The translations under genes and the position numbers were made by a program. Positions 1 through 11,608 of a DNA stretch of 64,000 nucleotides are shown here, one piece after another (within the stretch, counting starts at the first letter, position 1; each line of letters begins with the position of its first letter). A model generated the notes under the pieces. It saw only the letters and a list, made by a program, of their open reading frames with translations. It made no database searches and was not told where the DNA came from. The stretch spans positions 1 to 64,000 of the forward strand of contig LVLI01000603.1 of the NCBI GenBank assembly GCA_001687465.1, given 5' to 3'. The DNA is from Halocafeteria seosinensis (taxonomy: Eukaryota).

Positions 1-459
1 CTCTGGAGGCTTGAAATCGTATTACACGGCTGAACGACATCCTGTAACACAACACGTCGGAACCTTTGTACGATATGCAACTTGCAATTTGATGGATGTT
101 TTCAATGCTAGATTTCAATTACTTTCTGGTCATAGTGGCACAAACATATGCTGCTGCTATCGACTGGTACGTCGCCCACTATACCGGGTATGGTAGTGTT
201 GAGTCGACCCGACAGTGATTTGTGAACTCAGAACCGCTAAGTCTTAGTTCAAAGAGTAAAAGGTTCAAACGCGATTAGCGAAAAATGACTTCTCTACCCG
301 TTGCAGAGACACTGTTCAATTAGTTAACCAGTGCAATGATATTGAATTAAGGAACGATGGCTGGATTCTTCCGAAGTTCCGACCGATACCCCAAGTACAG
401 TGTACTTCTTTTCGAGGTTGTCCTAATGCCATTATCACAGTTCCGCGCCTATAGCTGCC

Positions 460-745
460 ATTAACTGTCTTCATCAACTTTAAGGAGCCATCCACGCTAG
501 CAACGAATTTTGCTGGAGTTCAGAGTCCTGAGCTGGGTTTACACATTTCATGAACTGACTACTGTGGTATTGAGCTCCTTGAGAACCTTTAGATCTCCTC
601 ACGTGTGTACTCCGTCAGATGACATCAAACGCTTAATGAGGTATCGCTGGAGAGTGGAAACCGTATTCTTTCCGTTATATTCAGCAAACACAATCTGCAA
701 ACCATCTAGAAGCAGTTCGTGCTCACAGGACTTCCCTTTCTGAGT
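460..745 (-). pseudogene. Degraded duplicate of the 3' end of the TRMO gene
   Basis: Encodes QKGKSCEHELLLDGLQIVFAEY...LQRYLIKRLMSSDGV versus QKGKSCEYELLLDGLQISYVEC...LQRYLIKRLMSSDGV in the intact gene. DNA matches 2175-2465 with indels. Confidence 0.9.
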
Positions 746-1067
746 ACAAGTACTAGTTAACTTAAGTGTGTGTACAGTGTGTTGTACAAGTTGCAAGGAT
801 TTGCGGATTTCCCGGTCGACCACAAGTAACACATCTGATTATGATGGCACCGTCTGGGCACCTGGTTTTTGTTCAATAGTTTGTGTAGTTGCTGAGCTAA
901 ATCAATTAGCTAAATGAAACAGCCTTGAGTCAGCCAAGTATACTGTACCCAGTGAGTGTACTGCAGTGTGAGGTGAGGTAACTCCGTTGTTCAAGCAAGA
1001 ATTACCACACATGGAAAACTACGGCATGGAAAGGTGCACATTTACGAAGTGAAAAACAAAAAGGTAA

Positions 1068-1139
1068 TTGCGGCTCGCGATTTCGATCCGCGGTCCTTGA
1101 GGTTATGAGCCTCACGATCTTTCTCAGATCTAAGTCGCA
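1068..1139 (-). pseudogene. tRNA-Met(CAT) initiator-type pseudogene copy
   Basis: Reverse complement TGCGACT TA GATC TGAGAAA GATC G TGAGG CTCATAA CCTCA AGGAC CGCGG ATCGAAA TCGCG AGCCGCA A. Five substitutions versus the 6143 copy, including conserved A14, G19, C61 and an acceptor-stem mismatch. Confidence 0.85.
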
Positions 1140-2175
1140 TTGTGGCAGTAGGAAGTTGACCACATCCTCTTAACGAAAAGCGGTATGCGCCCGTGTTAAG
1201 CAGTGACGGTTGCTCTGCTGGTTGTTTGACCAAGTGTTTTGAGTATCTACCTATATGATAATAACGACTGCTAGAAACGGTGTTCGATTGAGCAACTGCT
1301 CCAGTGAATCAAGCTTCAGCAATATTGAAATCTCGTATAACGACATCCATCGGGTTGCATAGATGCCATACCACTAAACGTCAAATGCCATAGCATTAAA
1401 AGTCTCTTCTACCGTAAGAACGTGTTGTTCCAACAGTGCCACAAGTTGTCAGCACACACACAAATGTGACAGATAGCCCACCGGCCGGGAAGTTGACCGC
1501 ATCCTCTTAACGAGGAGCGGTATGCGCCCGTGTTAAGCAGCGACGGGCCCGCTGTTCCTGCAGCCTTGCTGACATGCGCCGTGAGGGACCACAACACTGG
1601 TTATGCTCAGGAGGCATCGGGGGAGGAGCCATGCCTGCGCCCACAATGTCAGAGGTACCGACAAGGCTCAGTCTGGCAGGAGGAGACCCTGAGCCTGGCA
1701 CAGCGGCGCCGACGCCAAGACCGGTTGCAGCAGGGTTATTCTTAGCAGTCACTCCAACTTACCTGCGAAACATGCCTCCGAGTGGCACAAACGCATGCTG
1801 TTGTCATGGAATACATCATGCACTATACAGTAGTGTCGACCAAATCGATTTGTGAAATCAAACATCAAGTCCTAATTTAAGACTCCAATGGTTCCAACGC
1901 GATGAGCAAAAATGACTTCTTTGTCGAAGCCAGGGACATTGTTCAATGAGTAGTCAGTGCAGCGATATTGAATAAAGGAACGACGGGGTGGATGCTACCG
2001 AGGTTCCAACCCATATCTGTGCTACAACATCACCCGCCAGATTCTGAAGCACGGAGTTGCAATTATCCATGCTCGGGTGAAGGTGTACCAAGCAGATTGG
2101 AAGCAAGCTAGGAATAATATCCCAACCCTGATTTCCGAGGTGCTAGAGTTCTATCCATAATCGCAGCTCCGCACC

Positions 2176-3729
2176 TTAACTGTCCTCATCAACTGTAGGA
2201 GCCGTAGATTTTGCTGGGATTGGTTGCGCCCTAGTCACTATGGCAACAGAGTCCTGCGCTGGGTCTATATTTTCGATGAACTCACTACCGGGGTTTTGAG
2301 CTAAATGAGAACCTTTGAGGAATCTCCTCACTCCGTCAGATGACATCAAACGCTTAATGAGGTATCGCTGGAGCATGCAAACCGCATTGTCCCCCCTACA
2401 TTCAACATACGAAATCTGCAAACCATCTAGAAGCAGTTCGTACTCGCAGGACTTCCCCTTCTGAGAATCAGCACCTCCACGCTGAAAAGAAGACCGCACA
2501 TCGCTGCTCAATACTTGCTCGACGACTAACACAACGTTTTCCATGCAGCTTAGAACCGATGGGCGATAACTGCTGTGATTGGAAATTGAATTAAGATCGT
2601 CACACAGCCGGTGAGCAAAGTAGACAGGTCGTTGATTCTCTCTACTGATGGCACTGTCATTAACCCACTTGGGAATTTTTGCATCTTGTACCATATCGTA
2701 TTGAGGAATGTATGGCTTGATATCAAGGACTGGGGTACCATCCAACATGTCCACACCTGAAACGTGCAGCCAACCTTGCTTCTTGTCGACGTTAATAACG
2801 CGGGCTACGCTGAGGCCGATAGACGAAGGTCGATGAGGTGATCTGGTAGCAAAAATACCCATCTTTTTGCCTTTCAAAACAGGAGGATTTATCTTAGCAA
2901 CAAATTTGTAGCCTCTAGAATGTGCAGCCATATGCGATTTATGTAACTGAGTGTTGCTGTGGAACCCATAAATGATCCACACATGGGAGAATTGTTCGAG
3001 CCCATCCAAAGCAGACCCACTTATCGAGCCTTGCCCAGAGGATACAGACGTGTTCCTTTGAGACTCTCCTTTGGTGTACTGCAGAGTGGGTCCGTCTTCA
3101 CCCTGTTTCTCTCTTAGAACTTTGTCTTGTACATGAGGCACTTGCCCTTGACAATCACGGGCCCAGCCTCCGAGGGATTTTCTCCCTCGCAGAACTGCGC
3201 TGGATCCATCATGGAGCATTATAATCCCACGAGTGGCGGGGGCAATGTATCCTTGTCTGGGAGTTGATTTGCAGAGGTGAAAACACGTGGTTAAAGTTCC
3301 TATTGCAAGTGTCGGAAAGGCGTTCACTGAAGCGTCCGACCGTAAACTCTCGTTAGCATCATAGTGAAAGGGGGAGCCTTTTCGAAGCGCCTGTAGGGAT
3401 TATCAATGAATCTATACACATGTCCAAAATTTCACTCGTATGTGGAAACTTACTCGTTCGCTGTGAATTCGGCCTTGACGCTCTTGGTAGCGCTGCCCAT
3501 CCAGTTCGCGGTTCCTCTGCTCCAGTTCGGCAATTCTACGAAGCGCTTCGTCATGTGCATTGGCCCCGGTGGTTATATCCCCCTCGTCATGTGGTGCGTC
3601 TGTGGAATCACCCTTCTTCTCGTACCACCTTCGAATTCGTTCATAGAGAGCTAGACCCATGGCGAAGGAAAGAGCTCCTCCCAGAAAATACATCACGTTC
3701 CTCTTTACATCGCCCGAAGGCAGGTCCAT
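2176..3729 (-). CDS. TRMO: tRNA (adenine37-N6)-methyltransferase TrmO/TsaA family; 2 exons (intron 3391-3453)
   Basis: Motifs TPRQG, LDGLEQFSHVWIIYGFH, GIFATRSPHRPSSIGLS, GVDMLDGTPVLDIKPYIP. Spliced N-terminal TM plus ERQGRIHSER|ALR segment. Confidence 0.93.
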
Positions 3730-4289
3730 CAGTACAATACACCTGAGGTCACTCTTTCTACACAGCATATGCCACAAATAACGTACGGTACCGTATTCTT
3801 GAACTGGCAATCCCTACAACATGTGTGCGAGTTGCCAGGTTATGTCTGCAAAGTGTTCGTGAGGCATCACCCCACGGACTCCGGGTGGCACGGAGTGCAA
3901 CGGGTTATGCTCTTTGGTGTGGTACTCTAATCCCGAAAGGACATAAATGGCCTTGGTTGAGATAACAGAAAAGGTCAGTTAGTTTTTCCGAGGATAAATT
4001 GCGTCAATGTTGGTATTTTTTCATGTCGAAGACCTGCGGTTGCATTGGGCAAGTGCTATAACTTGCCCTTTATGACTGTAAGAAAATCGTGGGGGACGCA
4101 TCACGGTCGCCTGTTGGTTTGGTACAAACACTATGACTTAGCGTTCGAATATAGTGGTTGAAGTACTGTGGTATGAATTCGAGACATCGGACCTGTAAGC
4201 TCTCGTGACCTTCCCGGAGAGAAATTTATAGAACTAAGCCGATAATTGGCGGACTAGCCCAGTAATCGCGGTACTACCAACCAAATGAT

Positions 4290-5545
4290 TCAACTCTTTT
4301 TCACCTTATTGCCAAAACGGCGTATCCACAAGGTAGTCAACCTCTCCTTGAAACTGTCGAATACCAAAGCACCAAATACTGCACACACGGCTAACCATTG
4401 TCCTAGAGACAAAAAGTGGCCGTGGGCAAAGACGCTAACGAGAATAGTCAAGAATTTCCTGGTCGTCGTTACCGTCGTGAGGACCAAGGAGTCGAAACGA
4501 ATAACCGTAATAAAGATGAAGATCTGCCCGAAGGCGCTCGTCAGGGAAAACAGCAGTAGACCATGAATTAGGTTCGGATGCTGAATGACATAATTAATTG
4601 CCTGATATAGTTCCCCACTGCATAAAGCAGCTCCTGTTGCCATTGCACATGCCCACATATTCTGCAGTGCCATGAGCTGCAGAGGATGGAATTCAAACCT
4701 GTGCTTAAGGCTCTCCTGATTAGGCCCCGTGTATGCATCACAAGCTAGTGATCCAAATAGCAAAAAATACCCCCATAGAGTGCGATATAAGGCGGCATAT
4801 TCATCGTCGACATGACTCTCGTGAACCGGGCTTGCCTCTTTCGACTTAATGCGTGCTAGTTGGAAATATCCGATACCTGCTACCATGACTATAACACAAA
4901 TATACTTGGATAGCGGGTATTTCTTCCCCAAGAAAAATACCCTCGACAACATCACCGGGATAGTCTTGCAAGATTTTGCCAGTGCTTGCGTCGGATACGA
5001 AACGAACTTGATGGACTCGTTCGAGAATCCCATAGCTGCCAGGTAGGCCAATGCTAACAGCATAAACTCTGCATCGCTGGACAATTAGAGATCTGACCAA
5101 GAGGAGATAGAATTAACTTGCTGCACGTACCCCATTGTGCTTTGAGGCCAAACATGGACGGCTTGGCAGCTTCTCCATTCTGCGCTGAGACGGATGCTTC
5201 CAATTTTTCCTGCCGTGCTTTCGAGCGTGTCCGCGGACTCTGTGGTTTACGTTCCTCTTCTTCCTGCTCTCCAAAGATGCTGACAACAATGTAGTAAGCA
5301 CTGTAGGCAATGAACCCAATGATCGTGTTCACAAGGCATTGTAGAGCCAACAAGGAGGAGGTGAATGTGAATCGCGTCCCATCGTGTTCATCCACTTGGT
5401 AGATGGCCTCCTGCAGGTATCCATACGTCAGATACGAGCCATCTGCACACATTCATTATCGTGTCTCCTCTATGAGCATGCAAGGGGTGAACAACGACTT
5501 ACATATTCCGGCAGCGCAAAGCAGCAGCTCCAGAGCCCTCAACAT
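4290..5545 (-). CDS. SLC35B1: UAA-family nucleotide-sugar transporter (SLC35B1/HUT1-like); 3 exons
   Basis: YLTYGYLQEAIY, VSYPTQALAKSCKTIPVM, SLACDAYTGPNQE, VTTTRKFLTILVSV; multiple TM helices. Confidence 0.9.
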
Positions 5546-5566
5546 GATCTTTCTTCCCCACGATAC

Positions 5567-5567
<1 letters not shown>

Positions 5568-5597
<30 letters not shown>
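5568..5597. repeat. (AC)n microsatellite, ~15 units
   Basis: Perfect AC run just upstream of the SLC35B1-like start codon. Confidence 0.95.
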
Positions 5598-5599
<2 letters not shown>

Positions 5600-6132
5600 G
5601 GGACAATAACCTTAACTATTGACCAATTGGCGTTCGGTCTATGACTGACTATCTAACAATCCTATTCTAATACGTCACGCAGCCATGGCGGTGGGTGATG
5701 CGTTGCGCGACCACAAGTTTCCATCTGAAGAACAAAGAAATGAACCTTGACCGTCTCCGCAACGACACCACTTTAAGAATGACTGAATACGATGCGAGGA
5801 ATCCCAGACCTAAATAGGAACTTCAGAGCAAGCGAGTTCGTCAATCGGGGATAAATTGCTTCACTACCGCACACCTTGCAGTTGCAATGCAGTACGGCTG
5901 GAACTTAGCCGGCACCGCCGGGTACTTGTTCAATAGCATACAAAAGCATTCCAGAAGATTAGTTTTCCAAGCTAAAATAATACCAAAATGGCGTGCTTGT
6001 ATGCTGACGATCAGCTAAACACACACAGTGGTTGTAGTGGTAGGCCCTGGGTAACTCCGTTGTTCGTGCAAGAATTATCACACATGAAACGAGTTAAGGC
6101 ACGAAAAAGTACGCATTTACAAAGAGGAAAAC

Positions 6133-6137
6133 AAAAA
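6133..6137 (-). terminator. Pol III terminator (T5) of the tRNA gene
   Basis: TTTTT on the minus strand 5 nt after the discriminator base. Confidence 0.75.
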
Positions 6138-6142
6138 GATAA

Positions 6143-6214
6143 TTGCGACTCGCGGTTTCGATCCGCGGACCTTGAGGTTATGAGCCTCACGATCTTCCTC
6201 TGATCTAAGTCGCA
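6143..6214 (-). tRNA. tRNA-Met(CAT), initiator type
   Basis: Perfect cloverleaf TGCGACT TA GATC AGAGGAA GATC G TGAGG CTCATAA CCTCA AGGTC CGCGG ATCGAAA CCGCG AGTCGCA A. Initiator-type T-loop (A54, A60) and 7-nt D-loop. Confidence 0.92.
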
Positions 6215-6765
6215 TCGTGGCAACTTGTTAAGCAGAGAGTTTGAAACATTTACCTATATGATAATTAGGACTGCTAAAAGCGGTATTTGATTGAGCAAAT
6301 TGCACCTGTAAACCAAGCTGGCATGTTGCACAAGTAAATTGGAGTGGCTGTTATGCCCTTCCTCTTGACAACATGTTGCAAGGCCTGAAAGTGTTTTCCA
6401 TGGACAAGTGAATTGCTGGCTCCCAGCCACCCTGCTTTTGTTTACGGAGACTCTTTTTGTAAAGCCACGATGTTTCGAACCCAGGAATCAAGAACCTGAT
6501 AACTCCGGTGATTGTGTGGATTCTGCGGGAATTAGGGAGATGAGAAATTGAGGCGTCACATTGGGCTGGATCGATTTCGGTGGTTGCACTGTATATACGT
6601 CTGTCTACTCGTGTTAGGTTTACTACAGTATTTTCCACATCTCGTTGAAAACTTTAAGCGAAACTGTAAACTTCAGTCAGATACTTATAGTTTTTCATAC
6701 ACAGTGAAGGTTACTTAAAACAGTGTTCAATCAAATTGTAAATTTTACCAGTGAAACAAGTTGGC

Positions 6766-6806
6766 AGTAGTAGTGTGTATTATTTATGGCCTACTGGCTA
6801 AGTGGA
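6766..6806. repeat. Short dispersed repeat (other copies at 9695-9734 and 25667-25707)
   Basis: AGTAGTAGTGTGTATTATTTATGGCCTACTGGCTAAGTGGA; 39/41 identical to the 25667 copy. Confidence 0.85.
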
Positions 6807-7305
6807 AATGTAGTTGGGGATCTTCACGCCGTCGAAGATCTCCTGCATGTTCTCCTTCTCCATAGGAAGGACACATGGACGCCCCATCCGGAAAACAAAT
6901 TCAGGGGATGCACAGATTCCATCAAACTATGTTTGCCCGGCGTCGGGAAGGAACTAGAGTGGTACGCTATCGCTTCCCTTCTATAGCTAGGGTATAAAAC
7001 TTCGTAGGTCCATGGTCAAAATCTGGTTCAGCTGCCCTCTTTTGCTTTAGCTGTTTCTCTTTTACGCTTCCTTAACTAACTCTTCAAGGATAAGGTATTC
7101 TTCAGTACCAAGGCAATACTGCACGCAACTGTTACAGATTCCAGAGCCACACACATCACACCCAGGTTCGCGCTACCTTTACAACAGATTGCACTGGTCA
7201 TGTCTCGAGTACATCCTTCCCAGGCATGATATTTTAATAGAAAGTTCATCGTCATTATTTAACATTTCCGCGGATACTAGTAGGTAGGGGATACTAGATG
7301 GGCTT

Positions 7306-9001
7306 TTATATGATTCGTGATTCGTTGTAGGTAGGTTGGGGTGGCATAGACGTGGACTGATACTCAGGCACCACGAAGTAGAATTTTGGTCAAACGATGG
7401 TGTTCTTGTCCCACCTGTAGGATTTACGCACTTGCTTCCACAAAAAGTAGAGTCCACTCATGTTGAGTGAATGATCTGAGGAAACCATGTATTGAAGAAA
7501 CACGAGAGGGAACCTGAATCGCTGCTTCCCCCTTCGTATTTCAGAGGTGGCATTCATGATTAATGCATCCACAGGCTTCAACGTTTTCGACAGAGGTCTA
7601 CCATACACTCCCGAGAAACCCGTGCATCAGCAAGATCTACTCCCACTATTGTGACTTCTTTACTGGCGGGAAAAGCATGCTCGTGAGTTCCAATGTGCTT
7701 CCATTCGCGCCCATCATGTCTTAAAGTGTTGACCCTCTCAAAACACAAAAGCACTCTTCTGGGGTATTAACTTGTGTAAAGCTGTCTCGAACAGTACGCC
7801 ACGATGCGTGGCATTTTGATTCCGCCATTCACGATTTCCAGGCAGTCAATCCATTTGTCGTATTCAGTACCATTTCCATAACGGTCGGAGACGAAAACCT
7901 GGGCAACGCCCTCGCGAACATGTGTTCGTCGTCATGCGGATTATGCCATGGTTGCACAGCTGTAAGAGACAGTTTCGAATCCCTAAAGGTGATATGACCA
8001 CTCAACTCGCCATTCTCCAAAAGTTCATAAGGGGCGATACCTTTAACATGTTGCAGAGCCTCCTGAATCCGGTCCGGTCTTTCGAAGATTAGTCGGGGGA
8101 CTCCTCCAACTTGCTGGTAACGCTCGGCAATTACTTCTTCCGAGTCAAAAGTAGGATATATTTTTGCATGCATATCCAAAACTTCCTCTAATTCCAAAGG
8201 AGACAATATTTTCCGTCTTGTCGTCAAGTTCGGAAGAACGTGACTCGGACGATTCTCCTTGCGGGGAGAGATGAACACGACGATCGTATACTTTTTTCGT
8301 TCGGCTAGTTGCACAAGCGGAGAGATCTTGGTAGTGGCCGGTCCATCATGGAGTATCCAGTCCCCTTCACGAATCTGGTCAATGTTTCCGGTCGCCGTTA
8401 CTGTTCTCTCGGACGTATCGATCCGGAAAAATACTTCTACGGTCCCAATTAAACTCAACACTATCCCCGGTGGAGATACTTCGTCATGAAGAAGTCTCCA
8501 AACAAAGTAAGGAATCATCATAGATTTGCCGATTCCTGGGGATCCCTCTATAGTATAAATTTGCGCGGTCTCCTCCGGTTTAGCGGTCACCGGATCGTGC
8601 AGAGACTCACCGCGAATGAGGTCGTACAAGGCACCGTACTCCCGCCTCACATGTACATGACTAGTCTTCATCGGTAAAAAGCAGTGCTCCAGAACTGTAG
8701 CATCGGGATCTTCAATCGCTAGCGCCGCTTCTACCAGCGCCTCTAAGTCATTCAACAATGCCACTTTGAACTCGGCGGACATCTTTCCCGTTCGAGCTCT
8801 CCGAGAATCCGTGGATTCATTGTTTCCTCCTCCTCCGCCAGAACCACCTGTTTCGTCGTTATCGGGGGGACCTTGGCGTTCACTTTGCTCTTCCCCTTGC
8901 TGCTGCTTGCTGTCACCTTGTGTTTTGCTGCGTTTGGTATCAGACTCATTGGCAGAAGTACCGGTAGGAGAAGCCGGTCTCTTTTTCCCAGGATCATCCA
9001 T
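7306..9001 (-). pseudogene. Crinkler/RHS-like P-loop NTPase + PD-(D/E)xK nuclease, C-terminal half frameshifted
   Basis: Walker A IEGSPGIGKS and YQQVGGVPRLIF. Shifted frames give RGVLFETALHKL, GVYGRPLSKTLKPVDALI, FLQYMVSSDHSLNMSGL, then a stop and FYFVVPE. Confidence 0.8.
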
Positions 9002-9694
9002 GGGCCCGCCAGGAGCAGTTTCATCAGTAGGCCCAGTGTTTCCCTCTAGCGGATGCCTGATTATCCGCCATTCTCTTGTGTATAAAGCTCAAACAAAAAG
9101 GGAAATAGGCGAAAAGGCCGAAAAAGAGTAAAAAAAAGAAAGAGAAAAGTTCCTGTTATGCTGGTTACAAGGTAGAATATAATAATGTACAACAGCAGAA
9201 AGAACAAAATAACACACTGCTTTGGTTTTACACACCACGATCGAACTGCTAAACAACAATGCCAACAGACGTCATAAACTAGAAACTTTAAAGTAGAAAG
9301 GAAGGCGAAGCAAGAATCACCAACTTGTGACACCAAGGTTCGGCCGGTAGGACCGTGGACTCCGCGTGGAGTCCGGCGTGGACATGGTTCATGGTCCATG
9401 GGTAGGGTTCACCCCTCACGCGGCGTAGCGTAGCCTGCAGCAGACACTTCCGGTAGGAGCAAGACTAATGCACACCTACCTCCCCATAACCTACGTTCTT
9501 TAGTTCAAAAAGTATCTTCATTCTTAGTTTGTGAGAAATCGTAGCCTTGCAAAATCTGTTCGTGGTTCTAAACAACAACACCCTTGCTCAGTACTGCAAC
9601 TTATAAAGGTTGAACATTTTTTGACCACGCCGGCAAGAGGACACCCTGGGGACGTCTCTAGACGGCAGGTTGGGACAGAAGTCCTGACAGGATA

Positions 9695-9734
9695 AGTAGT
9701 AGAGTGTATAATTCATGGCCTACCGACTGGATAT
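9695..9734. repeat. Diverged copy of the 6766/25667 dispersed repeat
   Basis: AGTAGTAGAGTGTATAATTCATGGCCTACCGACTGGATAT. Confidence 0.7.
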
Positions 9735-9878
9735 TCATATGGACCTCGACTACATCGGATAAGTTCAAAAATGTCTGAGTCACCCGACCTGAATTGCTGG
9801 CAGGAGTTGTGGATGTACTTGTACAACAAACGTACATTTTAAGTGGCGTAATTTTTGATGTGATTAATAATGTTGCTA

Positions 9879-11608
9879 TCACGAGCTGCGTTGTTTCTTG
9901 ATAGCATTGCCGGTTGAGGATTTCTTAGGATCCGTTGTAGTACCGGACACACTAAAATGCTGACTTTGGAGCAGCTGGCTGCTTTGAGTGGTGGGTTGCG
10001 TAGTTCCTTCACTGGCATCGGTTTGGGTAGAATTGCCCATCGCTGCCTCCATTTCCCGCTCTAGCGTAGACTTCAACTCGATATATTTTTTTCCTACATC
10101 GGTTCTGGAAAACGAACGACCACCGGATTCAACGTGTTCTACTAGAACGCGTTCGGCTGCATGGTAGAAATAAGAAGTGTAACTAGCACTGGTAGTTTAA
10201 TTATCCCTGGCATGCCTGCATTGACAGCTACCTACCGATCTCGATCTCGCGGGACAGCTTTTGATTCATCAGTTCGGCATGATCTGCCCACGTTGACAGT
10301 TCCATCAAATCGCGTGTTAGCTGCATTTCCTTCTGCTTCGTCTGGTCTAATTTCTCAGTCACGGAGGAGTATTCAGTCTGCTAGCAGTGTATTTCCTTCA
10401 GAATTGCTCAATACATGAACTCCTTCGATGTGGTGATAAGAAGAAGCTTACCCTCATTTGCTCTAGCAATATGCTACTCTCGTCATCATCGCTCGAGGAG
10501 TTTTTACTTTGCTTCGACCAGTTTTCTAGCTGCCGAAGATCATCTCCGCTAAGCTTCACTAGAAGTATCGAACAGCACACGAGATTAGGTACGAACCTGT
10601 TGTTCAAGTTTCGCACGTGACTCTCGCTCTTCCTTTAACTCTTGACGGAGTTGTTTCAAAATCTGAAGTTACTAGACCAGCACATTACTGTGTACGGTTG
10701 GCTTTGGAGCGTAACTATTTGTACAACTACTGTAACTGCACGCACCTCTCCCTCGCCTGATGATCCTTCGGTTTGACAGAGCTTGCAGATATGCACTGAA
10801 GAACGACTTGGTGTTAGGTAATTGTTAAACAGCAATGGTTACAAATATACAAGGACGTACAAGGCGAGATGTCCGTTTTCTTGACAAAATCCGTCAACTG
10901 TTCAACGGCCTCGGGAAGCAAGTACGGTTGTATGGATGGCCCGGTACCTCCATTGGGCTTCCGATGATTCGTTTTGCATTCCTTCAGGAAGTATGTTCTC
11001 TCGGTTTCCTGTATGAGAGAAATAGAATCGACTCACCAGAGCTCACGAACGTTTCAATCTTGTACCCAAGCACTTTTTCCGACCTACGAGTTCTTCCACC
11101 AAGACCGCAATATCTTCCACATAGCGGGTGATTGCTTGGTACATATCATGTTCGGTCTTTGTTGCGTCTTGGCGTGCACTTTTGAGCTGCCGTGCCGTCT
11201 GATCAAGAGACTCTTCCAGCCGGTCGCGTTGTCGTTGGCACGATCCCAGAGTACTTTGAAGCGAGGCACACTGCTGCTCTACTCGCCTTAGGTCCACCTG
11301 GGACTGCGAATGCTCCTGCTTTACTGGTTGATAAAAGATACATCGGATATATCAGAGCGTTATTGACTCACACCAGATGGGGGTTCTACTTTGGTTCTTA
11401 CTTTGTTGCATCTGCTTCTCGTTTGAGATCAGTTGCTCGTGTTTTCCACGAAGCTGAGATTTCAAGTTCTCATTCTCCTGAGATATCGTATAATAGAGTG
11501 TGCATAAGATATAATAATAAGCACGTATATGCTAAAGAGACCAATGCTAACCTCCTGAAGTTGTTTGAAATCTGCCACGATGCGGTTCCACTCTCGTTCA
11601 AAATTCAT
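9879..11608 (-). CDS. Hypothetical multi-exon coiled-coil protein (3' end approximate)
   Basis: Exons MNFEREWNRIVADFKQLQE|ENENLKSQLR..., VDLRRVEQQCASLQSTL..., KSTLEREMEAAM with GT-AG boundaries; internal model incomplete. Confidence 0.55.

Noticed and set aside
1488..1548. HDV-like/theta ribozyme (TCCTCGT on the minus strand, near a tRNA)
   Set aside because: No P3 pairing or P1/P2 arrangement around the motif, and the tRNA-adjacent copy lies 5', not 3', of the tRNA.
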